A stretch of 64,000 bases of DNA, taken from contig NW_005434636.1 in NCBI RefSeq assembly GCF_000315625.1, forward strand, positions 455,298 to 519,297. Direction: 5' to 3'. Shown one piece after another: positions 11,807 through 22,543 of the stretch (the stretch's first letter is position 1; the number at the start of each line of letters is the position of its first letter). The notes beneath the pieces were generated by a model. It was given only the letters and a program-made list of their open reading frames with translations, ran no database searches and was not told the origin of the DNA. This DNA comes from Guillardia theta CCMP2712. Its lineage: Eukaryota > Protista > Cryptophyta. Made by a program: the position numbers and the translations under genes.

Positions 11807-13869
11807 ATGCCGAGGAAGAGAAAACGAATTACAGATGATTCAGACAACGGTCAAGAAATAAGTTATTCAAAACCATTCACGAGAGTCGTCAAATGTGGGT
11901 TATACTCGAGACTCAAGGTAGAGAACAGATCGATTTTAGACGTGATCGACAGATGGGTATTACATATCAGTCAGATCACATTAAGAGGCAGTATGATATT
12001 CAACTGTTTTCTGATATGGGGCAGGGATACAGGGAATTTACGATATGTAGTAGATGAAATCAAGAGAGCCAAATCGACCTTTTTCTGGAATGTTTTTACA
12101 CTTGGAATGGAACAACATAGCCGTACAGATAACAAGTATCCAACTCTACAACGTTTCTGGTCAGAGAAAAGACATCTTTTCGTTGATTTATGTAGAATTC
12201 GAGGAGACTCGCAAGCTATTGTATTCGCTGCAAATCAATATGGAACGAATTTCTACCAAGACCTGAAAGCAAATTTTACAAACCGATTGGAAAAGTTCAT
12301 TGCCGAATTCTGCAAAGGAGAGTTACATATTAACCATCAGCAAGAAATCGAAGACGTGAAGAATGTATTGTTTCAAAGGAAAGATTACGAGTTGAAGACA
12401 GAAGTGTTTAACAGGAATAATTCACAGCAGATAGGAACCTTCATCGACCATATGAAACAACTAATTGGATTATCGGGGGACGAAGATCTTTTTAGTTTCA
12501 AATATGACAAATTTGATCATAGGTTGCAGAAAAATCTGTTTGAGATAATCGAGACACACATGTTCATGTTGAAGTTCTTCGAAGATCGTGGTCTCTCGAA
12601 AAAAACATTCAAGGCAGCACCAATGTCGAAATTCGGCAGAAAACATCTAACAATCGATAATGATGTGATGTATTACATTTTGAAAGAAGCGAACAGTTTG
12701 AAACCGGGAGAAGATTACAAATCGTTCATGAGAATAGATCAAACTTTGGATAACTCTAAGAATTTCAGAAGGATTTTCGACTGTTCGAATCTGTTCAGAG
12801 ATCAGAGAGAGGAGATTACAAGTATCACGACAGACGGTGTATCGGTTTGTTTTCGATTCACGTTGATTATCAAAACAATCGATGGACTCGAACAGGAACC
12901 TTCATTGCGCACTACCAAATGGCTTGCCGATAGAAAAAGGGCTGAACGGAAATCGGCGAAGAAGATATCAATATCATACAAAGTATTACATGAAAATTCA
13001 GAATACCAAAGAGAGATCGAAGAATGTAAAAAATTGCCCAAGGGTAATTGCGATCGACCCTGGGAGGAGCGTCATTATATCGGCCGTCGAACAATTCAGA
13101 GATGATCAACAAATAATCAGAAAAAGATTTCAGTTTTCGAGAAAACAATATTATCACGAGTCACATCTGAATCGCAATAAAAAGAAAAGAAAGACGTGGG
13201 ATCAAGATATTCAATCGACATTGCACTATCTCAAGGGGTTCTCGAGTAAGTCTGGCGGCAGTCTATCAAGATTCGAAGACTATCTTCTTGCAGTTACAAG
13301 TCATTGGGAGGAGTTAACTTCGCATTATTCAAAGCGAAAATACGCCAGGATGAAATTCGACATCTACATTTCGAAACGAAAGTCAGTCGACAGGTTTATC
13401 CGTACAATGAAAGGAAAGGGAGAAATAGAACCTGTTATCGCATATGGAAATGCAAGGTTCCCGTCTACAGGACGTCGAGGAGAAAGGCCTGTACCGGTCA
13501 GGTGGATAAGAAGAAGATTCGAGAATCACTACAGAGTCGTAGATGTTGACGAATACCGTACTACCAAGTGCTGTAACGATTGTGGTTCTGAGCTCGATGT
13601 GCTTCGACGGATTGAAAATACAGGGAAAGAACCAGACGAGACCTGTAGGTTGAAAACAAGGAAAAGTGAAGTACGAGGATTGAAATTTTGCAGATCATCG
13701 AGGTAATGTCAAGTTTTGTATACTCCTGTAATTCACCTTTTCATCTAACTGTTATCGTGACAGCTGTAAAGGAAAGCCGATCAAATCCAGGGACTTGAAT
13801 GCTGCACTGAATATACTCACTTGTTTCAATGTGTTTCCTGAAAGACCGAATCACCTACGTCGCCCCTGA
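11807..13869 (+). CDS. Fanzor1: Fanzor1-type RNA-guided endonuclease (eukaryotic TnpB homolog), ~666 aa; one frameshift at ~13028-13035 and one intron at 13703-13763
   Basis: N-terminal basic NLS-like MPRKRKR; SITTDGVSVCFRF; RuvC-I VIAIDPG (D at 13056-58); IAYGNARFPSTG..PVP; rearranged RuvC-II VDEYRTTKCCNDCG (E at 13551-53). After splicing it reads FCRSSSCKGKPIKSRDLNAALNI (RuvC-III D at 13792-94), stop TGA 13867-69. Visibly AT-rich compared with flanking genes. Confidence 0.92.
13703..13763 (+). other. 61-nt spliceosomal intron in the Fanzor gene
   Basis: AG|GTAATG donor, CTAAC branch point at 13745-49, TGACAG acceptor. Removing it deletes the in-frame TAA (13704-06) and restores the C-x4-C zinc pair and RDLNAALNI. 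Confidence 0.9.
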
Positions 13870-14140
13870 GGTGAATTCAATGATTGTTGTCGCCCCCTCC
13901 CTACCCAGACTGCGTCCCTCGGGACTCGATGCCTAATTCCCTGCCTGCCTGCCTGCCCGGTGCATGCCTCCATTATGATCCGATGTTTACGACATGTGAT
14001 CATTGAAGTGACTGACTGGCATCATTTGGTAGGATTCATGTAAGGCTCCAACAACATCCGAAGACAATTTGGCAAAAAAAACAACTGCCGTTGTATGACG
14101 GAGAGTCGCGGCTCTCAATCATACGACGGCAGTTCTGTGC
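13870..14140 (+). ncRNA. Candidate Fanzor omegaRNA (guide scaffold) region
   Basis: Lies directly 3' of the Fanzor stop. Stems seen: ttcaatgat (13876-84)/atcattgaa (13999-14007) with tgtcg/cgaca; hairpin gtccctcgggac; possible pseudoknot gatgcc (13928)/ggcatc (14018); long hairpin 14083-14134. Boundaries are unknown. Confidence 0.55.
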
Positions 14141-14351
14141 GAAAACTTAGTTCGTCGTCACATCATGTCACATCATGAGGGAGAGTACCCGTGGTAGATA
14201 GATTCGTGGCGTTTATCTATTAGGAATAGGCAATCGGGTTCAATAAAAGGAAATGGCAGGGGTGGGGTGAGGTACCCACCCCATCATTGATTGGTCTAGT
14301 GGGGGTATCGGAGGGTGCTCTTGTTAAGAGCGGGGGTCCTCAACTGCCGCA

Positions 14352-16193
14352 ATGCGCGGGGTGGCGATGGTGTCGATAGGGATGCTGATTGCGATAGAGG
14401 TTGGAGGTTTCATGGCACTTGCTGCAGCCACTGCCAGTCATGCGTCCCCTCTGTTCCTCGCTCCACCTTCGTCACCTCCGTTCAAAGCTCATAATGGCTT
14501 CAATTTCCGGGAGAGAATGCTGAAACATCCGCTTTACAGCGCGTGCAAAACTGAGGGTGGAGAAGATTCTTCAAAGAGATTCCTGGGTTCGAGGAGGCTT
14601 GCACTGATTCGAAATGGCTTCAGAAAAGGGACCATGCCCCTGGACCCGCAGGTTCGTTTCCTGGGATCGAGAAGACTTGCCTTTATCATTCGAAACCTTT
14701 TGAAACCGCAGTACATCGACGCTGTCAGAGAGAATCAGACAGGGCGAATTGCGTTGGCATCGAAGGAATTTGAGGTTCAAATGGTCGAACTCAAGAAGGA
14801 CACTGAAATTGAAGATCAGACATCTGTTCAGATACTTGAAGCACCCCCGGACATAGTGCGCTCCTTCTCATTGGGAGGGGAGCATAAGTTCCAGCAAGCA
14901 AGGGAAGAGATTTACAGCCTAGCTATTCCCGTGTTCCTGGAACAGATTTCAAAGCTTGAAGAGGTTTCTTCGTGCGATGAAGTGAAAGGGCCGCTAGACA
15001 ACACAACATCCGAAGTCTATCTGGCATGGAGATGGGGCAGCAAGGATGTGTCAACCAAGATTGTCATATCTCATGATTTCCCTTCAGGATTTAGAGTTTC
15101 AACTTCAGACCATAAATTGCTTGCAGTGTCAGGGAGTTTCGTCTTCAGCCAGCAGCAGCATGGCTCATGTGCTTTGCGTTACAACTTGGACGTGGAGCAC
15201 GAGGTGACCTTGCCTCTCAACGAGTCTGCAGTTGCAGCGGCCCTGAAGCGATCGTGTACGGAGATAGCGCAGAGGAGAACTAAGACTCAACAACCAGACG
15301 CCGAGCTCCAAGTCCAGCCTTCCGTCGAAGGATCGCGTTCTCCATCCAAACCATCACCACCGAAGAGCACGAAGCATGGCGCGCACCATGACTCAGAGGC
15401 CATGTCCGTCTCAAGATCTATGACTGTACATGCACCATCCACGATATGTTTTCAGATTGCTTCTGATGTACACAGCTATCCTGAGTATCACCTCTCCGTT
15501 GCCGTGCGAAGTGATTGATGCAAGTGACAGGTGGGTTCCTGCAGTCAAGAACGTCAAGGTTCTATCAACCCTGGACGAGGTGAAGATAGGTCTTTCATCC
15601 ATGGCAATGAGAAGATAGCAGGGCAAGGCGTCTCAAGCCGAGCTCACTTTCTCGGCTCTTGGATACAGCCTGTCGTACATGGTGGACTACGATTTAGGGT
15701 GAGAGGACCCAGCAGTGCCAGTTGGCAAGGATGACCAGGGTCTGTAGCAACTCGCCGCACGCGTTCAGCTGGGACTCATTTGGGAACGGCCCGGGATCAA
15801 TCGAGGTGGCCGTGTGACCTTGAGGTCTCTGTGCTGAAACAGTTGCAGGGCTCGTATGGCTTCGAGAGCCTGGGAGAGAACACGACGAAGATACACTACA
15901 AGCTGACCATTGACCCCGGGATGAAGGTTTGAAAGATTGCCAGAGGTTGAGGCATGGTGACATCTCGAAAGGTACCGCACTTTATCAAGAGCACATTGAT
16001 GAATACGATTGCACACTCAGCCCTCCAGGTGGATATCTAGCACATGCATTTCATTCCTTGATCCATTGTGGATACTCAGGGGCTAGCGAATCGAATCAAA
16101 GACGTTGAAGGGTCCCCAGGTAACCCTCCTCCCTATTTCTTTTGTGCGAGCAGCTATCAGAGATGCTCTCCTAGATTTGCGCGTGTTCCCTGA
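14352..16193 (+). CDS. SRPBCC/polyketide-cyclase (COQ10/START-like) domain protein with signal/transit-like N-terminus, multi-exon
   Basis: Hydrophobic N-terminus followed by an S/P/R-rich stretch. SVSRSMTVHAPSTICFQIASDVHSYPE|WVPAVKNVKVL is a typical SRPBCC domain start. Confidence 0.65.
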
Positions 16194-16306
16194 CAAGAGA
16201 ACTTGTTGTACAGGGGGCAAAAAGTGGTTCTAGATGTATGAATGTAGCTTATCATTGTATCCTCATATTCTTTTTATACAGTTTATTCTTTCACCCGCGC
16301 TTTGTG

Positions 16307-17581
16307 TCATTGTAAGTCCCATGACCGGGAGATGTGATCTTTCGAGATCGTCTCAATGTTTCTTCTATTGCCAGAGAGAAAACAGCCTGAGAGATTGATG
16401 GAGGGTCGTGGCCTTGTCTTGGTCTCCCTGTCTGAGATGCGATGGTGTTTCATGTAAGGAAGGTCCCATCCCTCGACTAGAATGCCGATCAGATTCTTAA
16501 ACAGGTTCGTCTCCTCGATGTCTCCTGCTGCTGACCCCTTCACATAAATTCCTGCGCCGTTACAACCATGCACCCTGCAGAACCATGTTAGACAAGACGA
16601 CGACAGGAAGTTGTAGACAGAGAATGAAGGGATGTACCATGATTCATTGATTGTCAGTTTCGTCGCTTTACTCTTGCTTCCATTGACGAATATGCCGTAA
16701 GTTCCTGCTTTGATGTTGCATTGCCCGACTTCGCAGTGACTCCCGGCGGTTGCCAGCACGGAGATATACTTGCCATGCACAACTGAATTCAAGAGCTGAT
16801 TCCCGCGGCCATAGAAAATGATCGAAGGAGACTTTTGGTACCTCTGTCTCTGGCTGGCCTGATGCACAAACATAGAGTCCCTGATCACCCCGTTTCCTTT
16901 GAACGATACACATGCGGTTTCAAAATCACAATTTTCGACTAGGCAGCTACTGTCTTCTGCAGACAAGATACCTCCATCTCCCTTGATATCACAATTTCGG
17001 ATGATTGTGCCGTGATGTTGGCTGTGAAAGGAATATTCTACATTACTCGATTCAGCGGCTCCAGCATGACTGTTCCCAATGGTGACATTGTTGACCTCAA
17101 TGTCGTTACCGAGTGTTTGTAGGTTCTCGAGGACGACACTCTTCCTGTTAAGACCAATGATAACTGTGTTGGCCTTTATTTTCCAGCTCCCTGAGTAGTA
17201 ACCTGGGTGAAGTAGAAGTACACACTCTTGTTGACATCGAGTCATGGCATCCAAGAGCCCCTCGGTGCCTCCTCGGACTTCAACATATCGCCTTCCTTCA
17301 AATATATTCAACTTGAAATATTCCAAACATTGCCGTCTTGATGAAACGATCTCTCCTTCTCCTTCTCCTCCTCCCCCCCCCACTCGGCTTTCGCAATCCT
17401 CGGTCACCCACAGACTGCTGCTACGTCGTAGCCCGCACTCAAGGCATTTTCTCCTCCATAGCTCTTCCCCATCGCAAATCATCCTCATTCTTTGGCATGA
17501 ACATGCAAAAAGGAGCACATCTACCATGTTGCACTGCTCCATCACCTTCCCCAGCGCGTCATCGTCGAGGACCTCGAACAT
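16307..17581 (-). CDS. F-box protein with right-handed beta-helix (pectin-lyase-like) repeats
   Basis: N-terminal F-box FEVLDDDALGKVMEQCNMVDVLLFACSCQRMRMICDGEELWRRKC; LLLHPGYY; repeats such as TIIRNCDI, CLVENCDF, GIFVNG and GIYVKG. Confidence 0.8.
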   Translation of the reverse strand: MFEVLDDDALGKVMEQCNMVDVLLFACSCQRMRMICDGEELWRRKCLECGLRRSSSLWVTEDCESRVGGGGGEGEGEIVSSRRQCLEYFKLNIFEGRRYVEVRGGTEGLLDAMTRCQQECVLLLHPGYYSGSWKIKANTVIIGLNRKSVVLENLQTLGNDIEVNNVTIGNSHAGAAESSNVEYSFHSQHHGTIIRNCDIKGDGGILSAEDSSCLVENCDFETACVSFKGNGVIRDSMFVHQASQRQRYQKSPSIIFYGRGNQLLNSVVHGKYISVLATAGSHCEVGQCNIKAGTYGIFVNGSKSKATKLTINESWYIPSFSVYNFLSSSCLTWFCRVHGCNGAGIYVKGSAAGDIEETNLFKNLIGILVEGWDLPYMKHHRISDRETKTRPRPSINLSGCFLSGNRRNIETISKDHISRSWDLQ

Positions 17582-18682
17582 GGCGTTAGCAAAATCCACA
17601 CGGGGGTGTTCAAAGAGGCGTGTACGTTTCCTTAGAGGGTCTCTATAGTCAATACAAAATAGTTACTTACCATGTCTATAGTCAATTCAAAATTGAGCAG
17701 TGAGAGATGAGGGAAAAGTATAAGGGATAGAGAGGAGGAGGGGAGATGAAGACGAAGGAAGTGGAGGAGGAACAAGACAACCTAACCATTACCAAAAGTT
17801 GGGATGCTATCGGGAATATGAGCTCCTTGCACCGCGTGCATACATATATTTGATCGTTGTCGAACAACAATGCGATTGATCGTTTCTTCAAGGCAATGCA
17901 AGGCTGTTGATGTGTTTCATTTGTGATTGGGATACGACTTGTGCTGATTGAGGCAAACGGATTGATACGCAGGTAGAAATAGATGCTAAGAAACACAAGG
18001 TTGTTGCGATCCAATGGGGCTTCAAGGTCCTACTCAAACTATTTTGAAGGAATGAAATCATATGTATACTTTATTCTTGTGCGGATGGTTTGCGGACGAA
18101 CACATAAATCACATCGACTGAGGATCTCTCTTGGATCTGAGGAGGTTGAGTTCATTTGACCCATCTCCCATATCAGCACTAAGCCCGGTTGTCGATGCCC
18201 AAGTTACCAGCCTGCTCCTCTCTTGTCTGGTGGCAAACCCCCAAGATCCCCCCCGTCCTGGTCCGGCGCTGCGGTGTAACTTCAGGTCAACTAACAGAAT
18301 CAGAGGCGTAGATATTATTCTTGGTCTTTCTTGTAGGCTCAAATACGACGACCCTGGTACATCAGGTTGGTGGACGGGGTGGTGGTCGCCGCCCGTGCTG
18401 AAACTCATCATCAGTACGAGGACAATCAGGAGGACTCATGCAGTTTCAGGCGCATGTCCCTCTGACCCTGCCAGCAGCAGGAGCGGTGGGAGGTGGGGTA
18501 GGGGTAGCGGAATCTATCTTGTCGACCTCGAAAGGACCGAACACAGGGATACGGGGGTAGTGGACTGAAGTTGACAGAAGAAAAGGGGGTAGGGGGTGTT
18601 TGGTACTCCCCCCACTACACCTACTTACACGAAACGAAAACCCTCGGGCAACAAGATCCCCCTTCCTCGCACAGCGACTAAC

Positions 18683-19127
18683 ATGCTCTCTGCCGTCCGC
18701 GTCTTCCCCAGACGAAAAGCCCTCCATGGCGCCCTCCTCTTCTACAAGGGTAGCCGAGGCGTCAACCTCAAGCTCTCTACCATCCAAGCCCTCTTCCACC
18801 TCCCGCAGACTAAGGCTGCCGCCTCCCTGGTACCGATGCTGCCCTGTGTCTGACGAGGTAGCTCTGACTGGTCTACAGGGGCTGTCTCTGACGGCGTTCA
18901 AGAGCGCGCGCCGGCGGCTCGGCATCTCCCGATGGCCGTACGAGCGGAAGGCGTCTGGCGACAAGAAGATCGCTGCTGCACAGCGGAAGCCACGGCGGGG
19001 ACGGGACTCGGGGAGGACGGGGACGGGAGGGAGACAAGACGAAGACGTAGAGGACGGGACGGGGCCGCTGGATCCGGAGTGGATCGCATGGTACATGACG
19101 ACGAGCGAGGACGGGGGGCTATCATGA
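18683..19127 (+). CDS. RWP-RK domain protein, copy 1 (131 aa; exons 18683-18829 and 18879-19127)
   Basis: Removing the 49-nt GTACCG..CTGAC..CTACAG intron gives ..VFPRRKA..VNLKLSTIQALFHLPQTKAAASL|GLSLTAFKSARRRLGISRWPYERK..WIAWYM*, an RWP-RK motif. Confidence 0.9.
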
Positions 19128-20460
19128 GGAGGAGGAAGGGGGGGCAGAGAACAGATGCAAGTGGAAGGGAGGGTAGCCCCACATGCTGTCTAGAGAGAAA
19201 TCTTATTTGTAACATTATGCAATCATAGCATGAGAAGAGCATTGTGTTGAATACCACGAGGAGACATTGGAACATACAAACTTCGAGTGTAACTTAGATC
19301 ACCAGAACAAAAAGAAGGCTCGGCTTAGAAGGCAGACCGACTGCTAGTTGTTGGGGCCAAACCTTCATGCTCATATAAATCTTGAATGCATCTGTCGTCT
19401 GTCGTTAGCCGTCTTTCACGTTGACTAAGGATCTTCCACCTGAGGCTCTCGGGCCTCCGCACTCATACCTGGACCGGGCTGGTTCGGGATTCCACCATGA
19501 CTCACTGACCCGCTCAACCAAAGATCTCGTCATGGTGCAAGCTATACCATTCATCACCTGCTCAAGGCCCTTTCTTCCCTTCACTGCAGGTACGGATGGT
19601 CCTCTTCATGCTGACGCTTTGCAGGTTCTACCAGGTACTGCAGATCACAATGGAGCCACACTGACAGCAGGGAGGGAGGGATGCGCTCAAGAGGAGGTGC
19701 ATGGAGACCCCTGCGTTTCGCTGTTTGCGTGCTCGCCTGTTTCGGCAGCATCGAGCTCGGAGGTGTCTTTCCGCCCTTCTGCAGGAGACGTGCGCTACTA
19801 CTTGTTCTCCAACTCTTTATCCTACTTGTTGTGTGTGCATTCACTCCTGTGGTTGGTGTAGGGGTTTGAGCTGCCTCCTCTCATGTCCATGTGTGCATCT
19901 GGGGCGGATTTGTCTAGCCTACTTGCAGGCTACCTCCAATGCTGTACTCATCTTGTGACTGTCAGCTTTCACATTTTCACTTATCTTTGACCGTCAGGTT
20001 TAAACGTTTGTAGGCGCATTAACGATGACCCTGGCATATAAAATACCCTTTCCCTGACTAGTAAAAATGCCATTTCCCACTGTTGGCTTTCGAGGATATA
20101 TAACCTCTTGACTCTGAATAGACTTGCATGTGCAACCTCTCGGCGCTGGCGTGTCCGCCCAGAAGGATGAAGGGACTCCCCGGACGTTGCAGGGTCAGTG
20201 CGGCGTACTAAACTTGTGACCTCTTGCCATGCCGATCCCCAACACTGGCAAGTTCGCTGCCATCAGGCGCATTTCCCTCTGACCCTACCAGCAGGAGCGG
20301 TGGGAGATGGGGGACCTAACACACAGATAAGGGGGTAGTGGACTGAAGTTGACAGAAGAAAAGGGGGTAGGGGGTGTTTGGTACTCCCCCCAAAACTACT
20401 TATTAAACGAAACGAAAACCCTCGGGCAACAAGATCCCCCTTCCTCGCACAGCGACTAAC

Positions 20461-20905
20461 ATGCCCCCTGCCGTCCGCGTCTTCCCCAGACGAAAAGCCC
20501 TCCATGGCGCCCTCCTCTTCTACAAGGGTAGCCGAGGCGTCAACCTCAAGCTCTCTACCATCCAAGCCCTCTTCCACCTCCCGCAGACTAAGGCTGCCGC
20601 CTCCCTGGTACCGATGCTGCCCTGTGTCTGACGAGGTAGCTCTGACTGGTCTACAGGGGCTGTCTCTGACGGCGTTCAAGAGCGCGCGCCGGCGGCTCGG
20701 CATCTCCCGATGGCCGTACGAGCGGAAGGCGTCTGGCGACAAGAAGATCGCTGCTGCACAGCGGAAGCCACGGCGGGGACGGGACTCGGGGAGGACGGGG
20801 ACGGGAGGGAGACAAGACGAAGACGTAGAGGACGGGACGGGGCCGCTGGATCCGGAGTGGATCGCATGGTACATGACGACGAGCGAGGACGGGGGGCTAT
20901 CATGA
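20461..20905 (+). CDS. RWP-RK domain protein, copy 2
   Basis: Same 445-bp two-exon cassette as copy 1. Confidence 0.9.
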
Positions 20906-21643
20906 GGAGGAGGAAGGCGGGGAAGGAGGAAGGGAAGGAGGATACGATGGTGTAGAGTAATGATGTTTGTAACATTATGCAATCATAGCATGAAGGAGTC
21001 GGCTGAATGAATAACGCAAACATTCTTCTCGCATAGAGGAGACAATGGAACGCTTGATTGCATCTCAGAGTTGTGCAGGATTCTTGAAAGCTTAATCTCA
21101 GAGAAAGCAGCAGCTGAAAACCATAAAAGCCGATCGACCCACGGACTAGGTTGCAATCTGGACACTGAAGTGAGGACTGGCTAGGCTATTACCATGAGCA
21201 CGTCGCGATCCAGGATTGAACAAAGACGAATCTATCCCACCCTATCACGGCTGATTCTTGCATCAGGTAGGATGTACCTGTTAGCTGCATAATGATCGGC
21301 TTCCCCCCCCCTCCCCCCCCGCTCTTGATGCTCAATTAGATGTTGAACGCGTGTCGTCACTGGTGCCTACCTGTCGTAGAAGGAACTCTTGCCCAGGATA
21401 CACTGCATGGTAGTAGGAAGTAGGTATTCTGCTCCGACCTTGAGTGACACAAGGAGCAGCGGAGAGGACAACCCATCGGTCTTGAAATTTAGTTCATGAC
21501 AGAAACGGTCCCTTCGAATCCTTCGGCAGTTTCAACAAGTGAATCAGATTCCTAGATTATGTATGTCTCAGATTCCGAGATCCAAGTCCTAGATTAGCAT
21601 ATCATGTCTTTCGCATGCATTCTCACCATGGGCATCTATCAAT

Positions 21644-21743
21644 CCCCAGACGAAAAGCCCTCCATGGCGCCCTCCTCTTCTAGAAGGGTAGCCGAGGAGT
21701 CAACCTCAAGCTCTCTACCATCCAAGCCCTCTTCCACCTCCCA
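21644..21743 (+). pseudogene. ~100-bp fragment of RWP-RK exon 1 with premature TAG
   Basis: ccccagacgaaaagccc..cttctagaagggtagcc..ccacctccc, embedded in spacer DNA. Confidence 0.85.
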
Positions 21744-22155
21744 GTGAACTTAGAGACATCTATCTTCTGCTTCTCTATCTTCTTCATCCTTACTTTACTC
21801 GTGACGTTGACAATCTCTGTGTTGTGTATACAACAGAATCAGATTCCTAGATTGTGTATGTCTCAGATTACCAGATCAAGTCCTAGATTAGCATATCATG
21901 TCTTTCGCATGCATGGGCATCTGTCAGTCTACATCTGTATCGATTCATTTGTAGCAATGTCAGGGTCTAAAGGGACACGAGTGCGTGCCCTACTCTACTT
22001 GGTAGAGCATTCTACTTGGTACCAATGTTTTACTCATCCACCAAGGAGCAAGCTCACCCGGTCGCATCTCTACGCGTCCTCGTGACTGATTTTCTTCAGT
22101 TAAAACCGCCGTGTAAAACAACCTTCCCCACTTTCCTTACATCCCCGCCCCTGCC

Positions 22156-22543
22156 ATGCCCCCTGCCGTCCGCGTCTTCCCCAGACGAAAAGCCCTCCAT
22201 GGCGCCCTCCTCTTCTACAAGGGTAGCCGAGGCGTCAACCTCAAGCTCTCTACCATCCAAGCCCTCTTCCACCTCCCGCAGACTAAGGCTGCCGCCTCCC
22301 TGGTACCGATGCTGCCCTGTGTCTGACGAGGTAGCTCTGACTGGTCTACAGGGGCTGTCTCTGACGGCGTTCAAGAGCGCGCGCCGGCGGCTCGGCATCT
22401 CCCGATGGCCGTACGAGCGGAAGGCGTCTGGCGACAAGAAGATCGCTGCTGCACAGCGGAAGCCACGGCGGGGAGGACGGGGGGCTATCATGAGGAGGAG
22501 GAAGGCGGGGAAGGAGGAAGGGAAGGAGGATACGATGGTGTAG
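22156..22543 (+). CDS. RWP-RK domain protein, copy 3, with a ~107-bp deletion in exon 2 and a frameshifted C-terminus
   Basis: RWP-RK motif intact. The deletion runs between ggacgg-like repeats and gives the tail KPRRGGRGAIMRRRKAGKEEGKEDTMV*. Confidence 0.8.

Larger units (their letters stand above)
11232..14184 (+). mobile_element. Putative non-autonomous Fanzor-carrying element (ends uncertain)
   Basis: Compositionally distinct island between the divergent XPO5 and SRPBCC genes, with no transposase seen. A possible 7-bp direct repeat gtacccg sits at 11225-31 and 14185-91. No convincing TIRs. Confidence 0.4.

Noticed and set aside
12983-13022. A 40-nt GT-AG intron that would repair the Fanzor frameshift
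   Set aside because: The frame works, but the donor (GTATTA) is weak, there is no CTRAC branch point or pyrimidine tract, and it is shorter than other introns here. RNA-seq would be needed to exclude it fully.
11230-14200. Terminal inverted repeats or a transposase for the Fanzor element
   Set aside because: No convincing inverted match between the left and right flanks by eye, and no DDE, HUH or serine-recombinase ORF in the window.
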